DNA of 64,000 nucleotides from Chloroflexota bacterium (GCA_022561985.1 JADFQE010000001.1:3344-67343); one strand, 5' to 3'; shown: positions 30,876 through 40,048, numbered from the stretch's first letter. Notes: generated by a model not told the origin, from the sequence alone. Translations and numbers: made by a program.

Positions 30876-31085
30876 GGGAGGTCTCCTCGGTTCGTGTTGC
30901 GGCCCAGGGCTGTGTCGCGGCCCAGGGGCCGCCTTCTAGAGCATCGCGGAGGATGGCCGCCGCATCAGCGTCCATTGGTGCGGTCCCACCCCGAACCTTC
31001 GTCCGGAGGTGCTCCCACCGGCCGCTTGGCCGCGCGGCCCATGGCCCGCTATACTGGGCAGTGGCCAGGCCGCGGCCTCCCGTGT

Positions 31086-31162
31086 GGCGCATTCGTCTAG
31101 CGGCCCAGGACATCGCCCTCTCAAGGCGAAGATCACGGGTTCAAATCCCGTATGCGCCACCA
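31086..31162 (+). tRNA. tRNA-Glu (anticodon CUC), CCA encoded
   Basis: Acceptor GGCGCAT/ATGCGCC, D-arm GTCT-AGCGGCCCA-GGAC, anticodon arm TCGCC-CTCTCAA-GGCGA, T-arm ACGGG-TTCAAAT-CCCGT. TATACT box about 30 nt upstream. Confidence 0.9.
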
Positions 31163-31163
31163 C

Positions 31164-31187
31164 CAGGGCACAGCCCTGGACCCACTC
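31164..31187 (-). repeat. REP-like palindromic element, inverted orientation (first of a tandem pair)
   Basis: CAGGGCACAGCCCTGGACCCACTC starts 1 nt after the tRNA-Glu CCA end. Confidence 0.65.
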
Positions 31188-31195
31188 GCTCGCGG

Positions 31196-31219
31196 CAGGG
31201 CGTCGCCCTGCACCTACTC
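31196..31219 (-). repeat. REP-like palindromic element, inverted orientation (second of a tandem pair)
   Basis: CAGGGCGTCGCCCTGCACCTACTC lies 8 nt after the first copy. Confidence 0.55.
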
Positions 31220-31351
31220 GTTCGCGCCAACTGCCGGTGCCGCCGGACCGCGGTTCCCATCCAGCAGTGCTCACCATGTAGAATCGCGGCGCTGCTGTTG
31301 CCACGCGGCAGCGAGCGCCCGTGCGGCGAGCACCTTCGAGGAGAATCACCC

Positions 31352-32215
31352 ATGACCGAGCTGCCACGGCTGAACGGCGTCATCAAGGCCCTGGAGGCCG
31401 GCGGGACCGCCTTCGCCACCTTCGCCAGCGCCGAGATCGAGAACGCGGTCAGCCTGGCCACCTCCGGCTACGACGCCGTCATCTTCGAGATGGAGCACAA
31501 CCCCTTCGACGTGAAGGGGCTGCGCGACAGCCTCCAGTTCCTGATGAACCGCCAGCAGATCGTCGACGGCGGAACGCTGGCGCCGACGGTCACGCCGCTT
31601 GTCCGCATCCCGCCGAACGGCGGCGAGATGAACCAGTGGCTCGCCAAGCAGGTGCTGGACCTCGGCGTCTACGGCGTCGTCTGGCCGCACGTGAGCACCG
31701 TCGAGGAGGCGCGCAACGCCGTCGCCGCGTGCCGCTATCCGCGCCCGGCGGACCGCCCGTACCTGGAGCCGCGCGGCCAGCGAGGCGATGCGCCCGTCGC
31801 GGCCGCGCGCTACTGGGGCATCGGGGGGCAGGACTACTACCGCGTCGCCGACGTCTGGCCGCTCAACCCCCAGGGCGAGATCCTCGTGACCATCATGTGC
31901 GAGGAGGTCCGCGCCATCGAGAACCTCCCCAAGATGCTCAAGGAGGTACCGGGCATCGGGGTCGTGCTCATCGGGGAGGGAGACCTCTCTCAGGACCTCG
32001 GACACCCTCGCGACTACGACCACCCGGTCGTGGTCGACGCGATGAAGCGCATCCGCGAGGCCTGCGCCGAGGCCGGCGTGGTCTGCGGCCATCCGCACGG
32101 CGGCACCGACAACATGGAGATGCTGGTCGAGCACGGGTACCGGTTCATCGTGGCAGCGCCCACGCGCACCTACGCCGCGCTCAAGGACGGCCGCGAGCGG
32201 ACGGCCAGCAGCTAG
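31352..32215 (+). CDS. HpcH/HpaI-family aldolase
   Basis: 287 aa from MTELPRLNGVIKALEAGG with GAGGAG upstream. VIFEMEHNPFD, VRIPPNG and GEGDLSQDLG resemble 2,4-dihydroxyhept-2-enedioate-type class II aldolases. Confidence 0.75.
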   Translation: MTELPRLNGVIKALEAGGTAFATFASAEIENAVSLATSGYDAVIFEMEHNPFDVKGLRDSLQFLMNRQQIVDGGTLAPTVTPLVRIPPNGGEMNQWLAKQVLDLGVYGVVWPHVSTVEEARNAVAACRYPRPADRPYLEPRGQRGDAPVAAARYWGIGGQDYYRVADVWPLNPQGEILVTIMCEEVRAIENLPKMLKEVPGIGVVLIGEGDLSQDLGHPRDYDHPVVVDAMKRIREACAEAGVVCGHPHGGTDNMEMLVEHGYRFIVAAPTRTYAALKDGRERTASS

Positions 32216-32286
32216 GGCGCGGCTACGGCGCGTCGAACGGCAGGTTCCCTTGAACGGGCGCCGCGCTCAAGGACGGCCGCCGGCAG

Positions 32287-33318
32287 CTAGGCGCTACTCT
32301 TCGCCTTCCGGCGCTTCTCGATGATCTTCTTGGCGTGCGGGTAGATCCGCATCGCGTTGTCCTCGAACAGCTTCTGGCGGTCCTCCGCGGTCAGCCAGTC
32401 GATGCCCTCGATGATCGGCTTCGTGTCGTCGAACCAGCGGCCCGTCTCCGGGTCGATCACGTTCACCGCGCCGATCATCTCCGAGGCGAACATCACGTTG
32501 TCCACGCCGGCGACCCGGAGCAGCATCTCCATCGCGGGCTGGTCGTAGATGGCCGTGTCGAAGTAGATGTTCTTGAGGAACTCGTCGAAGGGCTCGAAGC
32601 CGTCGCGCAGGGCGATGCCCCGGTAGCGCGCGAACTGGTAGGGGATCGCGCCCCCGCCGTGCGGCACCACGATCTTGAGCCCCGGCAGGTCCTTGAACAC
32701 CGAGGACTGATGGAGCTGCGCGATCACCGTGGAATCGGCGGTCATGTAGTGCGACGACGTGCTGTGGAAGTTCGGGTTGCAGGTGGCGCTCACGTGGATC
32801 ATCGCCGGCACGTCAAGCTCGATCAGCTTCTCGTAGAGCGGGTACCACCACTCCCGGTCGCTCATGGGCGGGTCGGTCCAGAAGCCGCCGCTGGGGTCGG
32901 GGTTGAGCACGCAGCCCACGAAGCCAAGCTCGTTCACGCACCGCTCGAGCTCCGCGACGCAGTTCGCCGGCGAGACGCCGGGCGATTGCGGGAGCTGGGC
33001 GACGGCGAGGAAGTTGTCCGGGTAGAGCTCGCACACACGCGCGATGAGGTCGTTGCAGTGCTCGGTCCAGTACTGGGAGATCCGAGCGTCGCCGAAGTGG
33101 TGGGCCATCGATGAGGCGCGAGGCGAGAAGAACATCACGTCCGTGCCGCGCTCGCGCTGCTTCTTGAGCTGCCCGCCTTCGAGCGACTCCCGTATCTCGT
33201 CGTCGCTGACCTTGACCACGCCCTTCTTCGGGTTCGCCATGTCCGAGATCTGCAGCCCCCGGTAGGCGACCAGGGGCGCGGGGACCGTCGTGTAGTGTCC
33301 GTGGATGTCGATGATCAT
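32287..33318 (-). CDS. amidohydrolase-2 family enzyme (LigJ hydratase / ACMSD decarboxylase type)
   Basis: MIIDIHGHYTT metal-binding start and the HVSATCNP...VPHGGGAIPY pattern. 343 aa. Confidence 0.8.
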   Translation of the reverse strand: MIIDIHGHYTTVPAPLVAYRGLQISDMANPKKGVVKVSDDEIRESLEGGQLKKQRERGTDVMFFSPRASSMAHHFGDARISQYWTEHCNDLIARVCELYPDNFLAVAQLPQSPGVSPANCVAELERCVNELGFVGCVLNPDPSGGFWTDPPMSDREWWYPLYEKLIELDVPAMIHVSATCNPNFHSTSSHYMTADSTVIAQLHQSSVFKDLPGLKIVVPHGGGAIPYQFARYRGIALRDGFEPFDEFLKNIYFDTAIYDQPAMEMLLRVAGVDNVMFASEMIGAVNVIDPETGRWFDDTKPIIEGIDWLTAEDRQKLFEDNAMRIYPHAKKIIEKRRKAKSSA

Positions 33319-33345
33319 GCGCTTCTCACCTCGTGTTCTGCGGCT

Positions 33346-35628
33346 CTAGATGCCCAACGCCGAGAGCGCGCGCTCGGCGTCGGCCGAGAGCTTGAGCCCA
33401 CCGCTCACGCCCGCGTCGTGCATCCGGTGCAGCGCCCGGAGCAGGTGCGGCGGCGGCTTGAGCCCCTCGGCCAGGTGCTCGGTGAGCTCCGCGAGCGAGT
33501 CGTAGGTGCGGTCGACGTGCCAGTAGAACGACAGGAGCCACGCCAGCTCGCGCTCGTCGTTGGGCGCGGGTATGTCCGTGAGGTCGAGGAGCGTTTCCGT
33601 CACCTTCGTGTAGCGCAGGATGCCCGCCTTGTCGGCGCTGTCCTGGCCGTAGTAGCGCCGGCGGCGCAGGCCGACGACCCGCTCGCGGTAGTCCGCATCG
33701 TCGTAGATGCGGCTGGGCAGCCACCCATCGCGCAGGTCCAGCACCTCCCGGCCCTTCGCGTCGACGATGGACACGGCGACCTCGGCGCCCATGATCGCGT
33801 CGTATTCGAAGCGCACGGCGTCGCGCAGGATCGCCTCCTGGAGCATCAGCGTCAGCTCCCGTGGGATCTTCCGGTAGTGCTCGCCCGATGCCTCGGCGTT
33901 GGTATCGGCGCCGACGCCGCCGGTGTTGAACGCGTAGAACTCTTGGCGGAGCCCCCCACGCTCGAGCTGATGGAGGATGTAGCCGAGGACGTTGGCGTTC
34001 TCGTCCTCCAGCCCGATGATGAACGGGTCCGAGAAGTATTCGACGTAGGGCCGCCCGATGGCGCCGGCCGCAGCGCCCATCTGCACCGCCTCCCCGTACA
34101 TCAGCACGCGGACGTACTGCTCGAGGCGGAGGCGCCGCAGCGGCGGCACCACGGTGTTCTGGCGCATGACGCCCTGCCAGAGCACGCGGTCGATGTCCTC
34201 CATGGGCACGTGCACCGCGTCGGTCAGGCGCCCGCCCGTGATCTTCTTCAGCACGTCCTGCGCCCCCTTGCGGGCGAGCAGTCCCTGGCGCGAGAGGATC
34301 ATGCGCATGTTGCGGGTCGGGTTCTGGAGGAAGTCGGGCGCGCCGGTCTCCAGGTCGACGACCACGTTCTCCAGCGTTTCTTGGGCATTGGGTGCATCGG
34401 GTGGGCCGCGCAGCACGTCGTGCGTGATGGGGTCGGTTTCCTTGGTCAGCCCGGCCGGCACCGCGTAGAAGTTGTTCTCGGTGCCGTCGATCCCGTGGGA
34501 GATGCGCAGCCGGTGGCCGCCGCGTGTCGTCTCGATCGGCTCGGCGAGCGGCTGGATCAGGACGATGTCGTCGTTCATCGGGTAGACCCCCTCTTCGGGG
34601 TCCGCCGTGAGTCCCAGCAGTCCGGCGAGCTCGCTGTCCTTGAGCTCGATCATGATGGTGAGCGTGCTCTTCCCGTGCAGCGACGGCCCTGCCGTGATGA
34701 CGGCGGAGTTCTCCATCCGGCCGTCGATGGTCCTCGTGCGGGCGACGCTGAGCGCCGCCTGGAGGGCGAGGCCGTTGGCCTCCTTGACCTTCGCCATGGC
34801 GATGGAGAGCGGCCCCATCTTGTGCTCGCCGGAGTAGTCGAAGCCGAGGTGGAGCGAGAGCCCCCGCGTCGGTGCCTTGAACACGAGCTGAGTCAGGCCG
34901 GCCTCGGCCACCTTTGCCTTCAAGGCATCGGGCAGGCCGAGGTCGTCGAGCCAGCGGGGGACAGACAGCTCGATGATGTCGGGCTCGTCTGCCTGAGTTG
35001 GGCCGGGCACTTGCGCGGGGCCGGGCATCGGGAACGTGAGCTGGCGCCACAGGTAGGGGAGCTGCATGTAGCGCGTGCCCACCACGAGCTGGCGCACGTG
35101 GAACGACCGGCCGGGGACGTCGCAGATGCTGCGGTCGGACTGAACGACGGTCTCGCCGGCGGCGAAGCTCTCGGTGAGCTTGCGGGTCAGATACGGCAGG
35201 ACCTCGGCGAACAGCGCCTGGCTCGATGCGCTGAAGGCCAGCGCGTCGCGGTTCTTCAAGAAGCCGTCGATGAAGTACTGGGTCAGGTCGGGACGCCGGG
35301 CCACGCCGAGCTGGCTGTAGAACGCCAGCCCCCCCGAGTCCAGCCGGACGACCGTCTCCGGCCCTGAGCGCGCTGCCGCCTTGCCCTGCGCGTTCACCGC
35401 CTCGCCGTCGGCGCGGATGGCGTCGCGCTCCTCGACGATCCGCGCGCGGTCTTCGGGGGAGCGCTCGCCGAAGATCTCCATCTGGCCGACGATCCATTCG
35501 TCCGGCGGGTTGAACAGCGTGCTGCTGGGCTTGTGGCCCTGGCGGGCGGCCGCGACGAGGTCGTCGAGCGCTCCGGCGAAAGCAGCGTTGATGGGAGGAC
35601 CGGCGAGGCCGGCGTCTTGTTCCGCCAT
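33346..35628 (-). CDS. oversized, divergent ATP-dependent PEP carboxykinase-like protein (760 aa)
   Basis: ATG 35628 has GGAGGG upstream. P-loop-like GPSLHGKSTL corresponds to the PEPCK kinase-1a motif. NDDIVLI, TRNMRM, VVPPLRRLRLEQYVRVLMYGEA and FYAFNTGGVG parallel PckA blocks. N- and C-terminal extensions of roughly 300 and 100 aa are unrecognised. Confidence 0.65.
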   Translation of the reverse strand: MAEQDAGLAGPPINAAFAGALDDLVAAARQGHKPSSTLFNPPDEWIVGQMEIFGERSPEDRARIVEERDAIRADGEAVNAQGKAAARSGPETVVRLDSGGLAFYSQLGVARRPDLTQYFIDGFLKNRDALAFSASSQALFAEVLPYLTRKLTESFAAGETVVQSDRSICDVPGRSFHVRQLVVGTRYMQLPYLWRQLTFPMPGPAQVPGPTQADEPDIIELSVPRWLDDLGLPDALKAKVAEAGLTQLVFKAPTRGLSLHLGFDYSGEHKMGPLSIAMAKVKEANGLALQAALSVARTRTIDGRMENSAVITAGPSLHGKSTLTIMIELKDSELAGLLGLTADPEEGVYPMNDDIVLIQPLAEPIETTRGGHRLRISHGIDGTENNFYAVPAGLTKETDPITHDVLRGPPDAPNAQETLENVVVDLETGAPDFLQNPTRNMRMILSRQGLLARKGAQDVLKKITGGRLTDAVHVPMEDIDRVLWQGVMRQNTVVPPLRRLRLEQYVRVLMYGEAVQMGAAAGAIGRPYVEYFSDPFIIGLEDENANVLGYILHQLERGGLRQEFYAFNTGGVGADTNAEASGEHYRKIPRELTLMLQEAILRDAVRFEYDAIMGAEVAVSIVDAKGREVLDLRDGWLPSRIYDDADYRERVVGLRRRRYYGQDSADKAGILRYTKVTETLLDLTDIPAPNDERELAWLLSFYWHVDRTYDSLAELTEHLAEGLKPPPHLLRALHRMHDAGVSGGLKLSADAERALSALGI

Positions 35629-35804
35629 GGACTGTTCACCCTCCTGGATAGACCCGGCGTGGCTGAGAGACCCCGCGTGGCCCCGCCGGGATAGCGACAC
35701 GGTGGACGGGGGCCGGGGTCAAGACTATCTTAACCGCTGGCCGCGCGGTCTTGGCCGCCGCGGCGCTGCAGGCACATCTCGCAAAGGGCGAAGGGAGACC
35801 CCTC

Positions 35805-36734
35805 ATGGCGCCACTGTCACTGAAGATCGCCACCGGCAACTACGGGCACACCGTGCCGATGAAGGACGGCTCCGTCACCTCCGAGAAGATCGCGTTCGAG
35901 CACGTCGACGTCCCCGTCATCATCACCGCCTTCCGCCGCATGATACGTGGCCTGGAGTTCGACGTCTCGGAGATGGCGTTGTCCACCTATCTGTGCGCCC
36001 GGGCCCACGGCCTCCCGATCACGGCCATCCCGATCTTCCTGGTGCGGGCCTTCCACCACGGCTCCTTGGTCTACAGCACCAAGTCGGGGATCGCCTCGCC
36101 CAAGGACCTCGAAGGCCGCCGGGTCGGCGTCCGGGGGTACACCGTCACCACCGGCGTGTGGGCCCGCGGCATCCTCGCCTCGCAGTACGGCGTGGACCTG
36201 GGCAAGGTCACGTGGGTCGTCGCGGGAGACGAGCACGTCGAGGCGTACAAGGCGCCGGCCAACGTCGTGTCCGATCCCGGCGACGGCGACCTCGGCCGCA
36301 TGCTGGATGCCGGAGAGATCGACGCCGCGGTCGCGGCCGTCAAGTCTCCGGACGTGAAGCCGATCATCCCGGACCCCGCGGCAGCGGCGGCGAAGCGCTT
36401 CGGCGAGGACGGGGTCTACCCGATCAACCACACCGTCGTCGTCAAGAACGAGCTGCTGGCCGCGAACCCCTGGCTGGCCCAGGAGCTCTTCTCGCTGTTC
36501 AAGGCGGCCAAGGGCAGGTATCTGGAGAGCCTCGCAGCGGATGGGCCCGCCGAGGACGACATCCAGGCCCGCACCCGCGAGGTCGTCGGCAACGACCCGC
36601 TGCCCTACGGGGTCGAGGCGAACCGCAAGACCCTCGAAACGTTCTTCGCGTACGCGCTCGACCAGAAGATCATCCCCCGGAAGGTCGACGTCGAAGAGGT
36701 CTTCGAGCCGAGCACGCTCAAGCTGGAGGGCTAG
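35805..36734 (+). CDS. 4,5-dihydroxyphthalate decarboxylase-like protein (periplasmic-binding-protein fold, no signal peptide)
   Basis: LSLKIATGNYGHTVPMKDGSV...FRRMIRGLEFDVSEMALSTYL...AIPIFLVRAFHHGS...LEGRRVGVRGYTVTTGVWARGIL matches my memory of the PhtD family. ATG 35805 has GGGAG upstream. Confidence 0.6.
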   Translation: MAPLSLKIATGNYGHTVPMKDGSVTSEKIAFEHVDVPVIITAFRRMIRGLEFDVSEMALSTYLCARAHGLPITAIPIFLVRAFHHGSLVYSTKSGIASPKDLEGRRVGVRGYTVTTGVWARGILASQYGVDLGKVTWVVAGDEHVEAYKAPANVVSDPGDGDLGRMLDAGEIDAAVAAVKSPDVKPIIPDPAAAAAKRFGEDGVYPINHTVVVKNELLAANPWLAQELFSLFKAAKGRYLESLAADGPAEDDIQARTREVVGNDPLPYGVEANRKTLETFFAYALDQKIIPRKVDVEEVFEPSTLKLEG

Positions 36735-36838
36735 CGGGTCGTGGGGGAGGCGGGAGGTCACGAAGCCTGATACAGTGATTCGAACTTGACGGCGGTACCG
36801 AGGCGCAGCGTTTCCTTTTTCTTGAAGGAGGGATCCCA

Positions 36839-37744
36839 GTGGCAACCAAGCAGAAGATACAGCTCGCAATCATGAACGCGATCCACGACCTCCCGGTGCT
36901 GGTCGCTCGCGACGAAGGGTTCTTCGCCGACGAGGGGCTGGACATCGAGTTCGTGACGACGCCAGGCATGGCGCAGACCACCACGACCCACCACGTGGAG
37001 TGGGACGCGATCTTCGAGCGGCCGCTGGACACCGAGTACAACGAGGGCGGGATCGACCAGTACCGCATGTGCGAATGGGGCATCGTGAAGCGGGCGGTGG
37101 AGTGCTCGGCGCAGGGGTTGCGTCCGCGCAAGATCGTGGCCCTCGGAGGGGCGATGTCGACGTTCGCCATCGTCGTCCGCTCGGACTCCGATGTCTTCGA
37201 GCCGGAGCAGCTCAAGAACCGGGCCATCGCGGTCACGCCCTTCAACGGCTCCAACTTCACCACCCTCAAGATGATGGAGGGCTTCCTCGCCCCGGAATTC
37301 ATCAAGACGACCGAAGCGGGGAACATGCAGAAGCGGCTCGAGGCCCTCAGGAAGGGCGACGTCGAGGCCGTCAGCCTCATGGAGCCCTGGATCAGCTACG
37401 CGCAGACACAGGGGCTCCGCATCGTCATCGAGTCCCACACGACCCGCGCCGAGGCCGCCGGCGACGAGCTCGACGGCCCCACGCTCGCGGCGATGTTCCG
37501 CGCGCAGGCCCACGCCTCCGAGGTCCTCGAGAAGGACCCCACCCCGTACATCCACCACCTGGTCGCGGAGACCGGCGGACTCCTCAAGGAGGAGGACTTC
37601 CAGACCTGGCGCCTCCTCAACACGGCGCCGCAGCCCTACACGCGCGAGCGGTGGGACGACACCTACAACTGGACGGTGAAGTGGGACATGGTCATCGAGG
37701 GCGCGACCTTCGAGGCCGTCGTCGACAACCGCGCCTGGGAGTAG
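36839..37744 (+). CDS. NMT1/THI5/SsuA-like binding-protein-fold protein without signal peptide
   Basis: 301 aa, GTG start with GGAGGGA upstream. KIQLAIMNAIHDLPVLVARDEGFF...VEAVSLMEPW resembles NitT/TauT-type SBPs, but the protein is cytoplasmic. Confidence 0.6.
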   Translation: MATKQKIQLAIMNAIHDLPVLVARDEGFFADEGLDIEFVTTPGMAQTTTTHHVEWDAIFERPLDTEYNEGGIDQYRMCEWGIVKRAVECSAQGLRPRKIVALGGAMSTFAIVVRSDSDVFEPEQLKNRAIAVTPFNGSNFTTLKMMEGFLAPEFIKTTEAGNMQKRLEALRKGDVEAVSLMEPWISYAQTQGLRIVIESHTTRAEAAGDELDGPTLAAMFRAQAHASEVLEKDPTPYIHHLVAETGGLLKEEDFQTWRLLNTAPQPYTRERWDDTYNWTVKWDMVIEGATFEAVVDNRAWE

Positions 37745-37750
37745 GAGCCT

Positions 37751-37909
37751 GACTGTGCGCCTACGCTTCGCTCCGGCTCCGGACTGAAGCGGCACGCGCT
37801 GCTCCGGCCCTCTTGCTGGGCAGGCGCATGCCCAAGACTGTGCGCCTACGCTTCGCTCCGGCTCCGGACTGAAGCGGCACGCGCTGCTCCGGCCCTCTTG
37901 CTGGGCAGG
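37751..37909. repeat. tandem direct repeat: two identical 74-bp units with an 11-bp spacer (85-bp period)
   Basis: GACTGTGCGCCTACGCTTCGCTCCGGCTCCGGACTGAAGCGGCACGCGCTGCTCCGGCCCTCTTGCTGGGCAGG occurs at 37751-37824 and 37836-37909. It sits between convergent genes. Each unit holds an imperfect hairpin CGCTTCGCTCCGG/CCGGACTGAAGCG. Confidence 0.9.
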
Positions 37910-37911
37910 GC

Positions 37912-38736
37912 CTATAGCGGGCGCAGTGGCGGGATAGGCGCGCCCTTGATGTCGCGCCCCTCGCGCACGTCCTCTGCGTACGCAGTGATGGCATCGAGCA
38001 ATGTGCGGGCGACGTTCGCGTAGCGCTCGCCGTCGTTCTCGAGGGCGCCAGCCATGTAGCCGGCGGCCGCCCACGCGACCCTGATGCGCCCGTCCAGCCA
38101 CGGCCCGCCGCCCACGCCGCCGATCACCGGGATCGACACCGCGCCGACCACCTCGGCCCCCGCCACCGGCCCGCTGTTCTGGAAGTCCAAGATCGACGCG
38201 CCGCACTCCTCGAGGAGCTGCGCGCCGCGCACCAGCTCGTCCTTGAGCTGGAGGGCGAGCTCGGTCCCGGCGACGCCGATGCCGCCGTAACGCTGGGCGG
38301 TCTGCGGCGTGATGCCGAGCTGCCCGAAGACGGGGATGCCGGCGCGGACGATCGCCCGGACCGCGTCGGGGAAGTCGGCGGCGCCGTCGAGCTTGACGAG
38401 GTCCGCGCCTCCCTCCTTGACGAGCCGGATCGCGGCACGCACCGCCGAGTCCGTGCCCTCCTGCAGAGGGCCGAAGGGGAAGTCGCAGCTCACGAGCGCC
38501 CGCCTGATGCCGCGCCGGACGCCCTGGCAGGCCAGGACCATCTGGTCCATCGTGACCTCGAGCAGCCCCGACTGGCCCCAGAGGTTGACGCCGACGGAGT
38601 CGCCGACCGAGACGAGGTCGACGCCGGCGCGGTCCACGACCTGCGCCATCTGGTAGTCGTAGACGACCGACGCGACGATCTTCTGCCCATCACGCTTCAT
38701 CTGCTGCAACGCTGGTATGGTGACCTTGTCTGCCAT
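37912..38736 (-). CDS. 3-methyl-2-oxobutanoate hydroxymethyltransferase (PanB)-family protein
   Basis: ATG 38736 has GAGGAG upstream. VSVGDSVGVNLWG, CDFPFG, DLVKLDG and GQLGITPQTA parallel E. coli PanB blocks. Confidence 0.8.
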   Translation of the reverse strand: MADKVTIPALQQMKRDGQKIVASVVYDYQMAQVVDRAGVDLVSVGDSVGVNLWGQSGLLEVTMDQMVLACQGVRRGIRRALVSCDFPFGPLQEGTDSAVRAAIRLVKEGGADLVKLDGAADFPDAVRAIVRAGIPVFGQLGITPQTAQRYGGIGVAGTELALQLKDELVRGAQLLEECGASILDFQNSGPVAGAEVVGAVSIPVIGGVGGGPWLDGRIRVAWAAAGYMAGALENDGERYANVARTLLDAITAYAEDVREGRDIKGAPIPPLRPL

Positions 38737-38821
38737 GGTTCTCCTCAAGGGGCGGCCGGGTGCGGACGAGAGGGTGCCACAAAGACGCCCGAAGCGCCAG
38801 GGTACAGTGCAGGAGCAGGCA

Positions 38822-39919
38822 ATGGCTCAGAAAGTCGTGGCGGCGACCCTCGTGGCACCGAAGGAGTTCGAGTTCCGGGAGTACGAGCTGCCCGATATCG
38901 CTGCGGACGACGGGCTGCTCAAGGTGGAGGCCGTGGGCGTCTGCGGTGCCGACGTGAACACGTACCGCCGGGAAGTGCCCAAGCCGCGCATCATGGGGCA
39001 CGAGAACGTCGGCGTGATCGCGGGCATCGGGAAGCAGGCGGAGGAGCGCTGGGGGGTGAAGGAGGGAGACCTCGTCATCCCCGAGGAGTACATCCCCTGT
39101 TTCCATTGCAAGTACTGCTACACGGGCCGGTACCGGTTCTGCAATCAGACCGACCGCGGCTACGGACAGATCCTCCGCCACGGGCAGACGACGACGGACG
39201 TTTGGCCCGCGCTCTGGGGCGGCTTCGCCGAGTACATGTACCTGCCGCCGAACACCGTCATGCACAAGATCGAGGCGCCGGTGCCCCCGCACGTGCTGGC
39301 GCTGTATCTGCCGCTGGCCGACGGCATCGAGTGGGCGTGCCGGTACGGCGGGGCGCAGCCCGGCAAGACCGTCCTGATCCAGGGCCCTGGCCAGATGGGC
39401 CTCTCGGCCGCCTTCGCCGCCTCCCAGGCGGGTGCGGACCTCGTCATCGTCACCGGTATGTCCCACGACGCCGTGCGCCTGGACATGGCCCGGCGCTTGG
39501 GCGCCGACCACACCATCGACGTCGAGACCGAGGACTTCGCCGAGCGCATCCGCGAGATCACGGGGGGCGACGGCGTGGACGTGGTCGTGAACGTGACGGG
39601 CGGCGGCAAGCACGCGACCGCCGACGCGCTGGAGGTCGCCAGCAAGGAGTGCACGATCGTGCTGGCGGGAGCGGGGGATGAGCCCATCTCCTTCGGCATC
39701 GCGGGCAAGCGGCCCCGCCGGGACCTCACCGTCAAGACGGCGAACGGGCATTCGTACGCGTCGGTCAAAGAAGCCATCGGCTATCTGACGTCGGGGAAGC
39801 ATCCCGAGCTCCTCGACATCGCGACCCATCAGTTCCCGTTGGAGCGGGTGAAGGACGCGCTTGATACCGCCGGTGGCGACGGTGAGCCGGGCGCCATCCA
39901 CGTGACGCTGCTCCCGTAA
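38822..39919 (+). CDS. zinc-dependent alcohol dehydrogenase (MDR family)
   Basis: VGVCGADV, GHENVGVI, a structural-Zn Cys cluster CFHCKYCYTGRYRFC and GPGQMGL Rossmann motif. AGGAG upstream of ATG 38822. Confidence 0.85.
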   Translation: MAQKVVAATLVAPKEFEFREYELPDIAADDGLLKVEAVGVCGADVNTYRREVPKPRIMGHENVGVIAGIGKQAEERWGVKEGDLVIPEEYIPCFHCKYCYTGRYRFCNQTDRGYGQILRHGQTTTDVWPALWGGFAEYMYLPPNTVMHKIEAPVPPHVLALYLPLADGIEWACRYGGAQPGKTVLIQGPGQMGLSAAFAASQAGADLVIVTGMSHDAVRLDMARRLGADHTIDVETEDFAERIREITGGDGVDVVVNVTGGGKHATADALEVASKECTIVLAGAGDEPISFGIAGKRPRRDLTVKTANGHSYASVKEAIGYLTSGKHPELLDIATHQFPLERVKDALDTAGGDGEPGAIHVTLLP

Positions 39920-40048
39920 GCTTTCGGGCTGCCGCAGGCCTGGGACGGGCGCCAAGGGCGCCGCCCGGCGGCGCGGGGCTTTACAGTCGTCCTGAGCACG
40001 GGTAGTTTGTGTATTCGAGTTCCAAGAGTTCCTGGTGGAGGTGACCCA

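Noticed and set aside
37751-37909. Possible CRISPR array (repeat-spacer-repeat appearance).
   Set aside because: There are only two repeat units, they are 74 bp long, and the spacer is 11 bp. No cas genes are in the window. The geometry is wrong for CRISPR, so it is treated as a tandem duplication.
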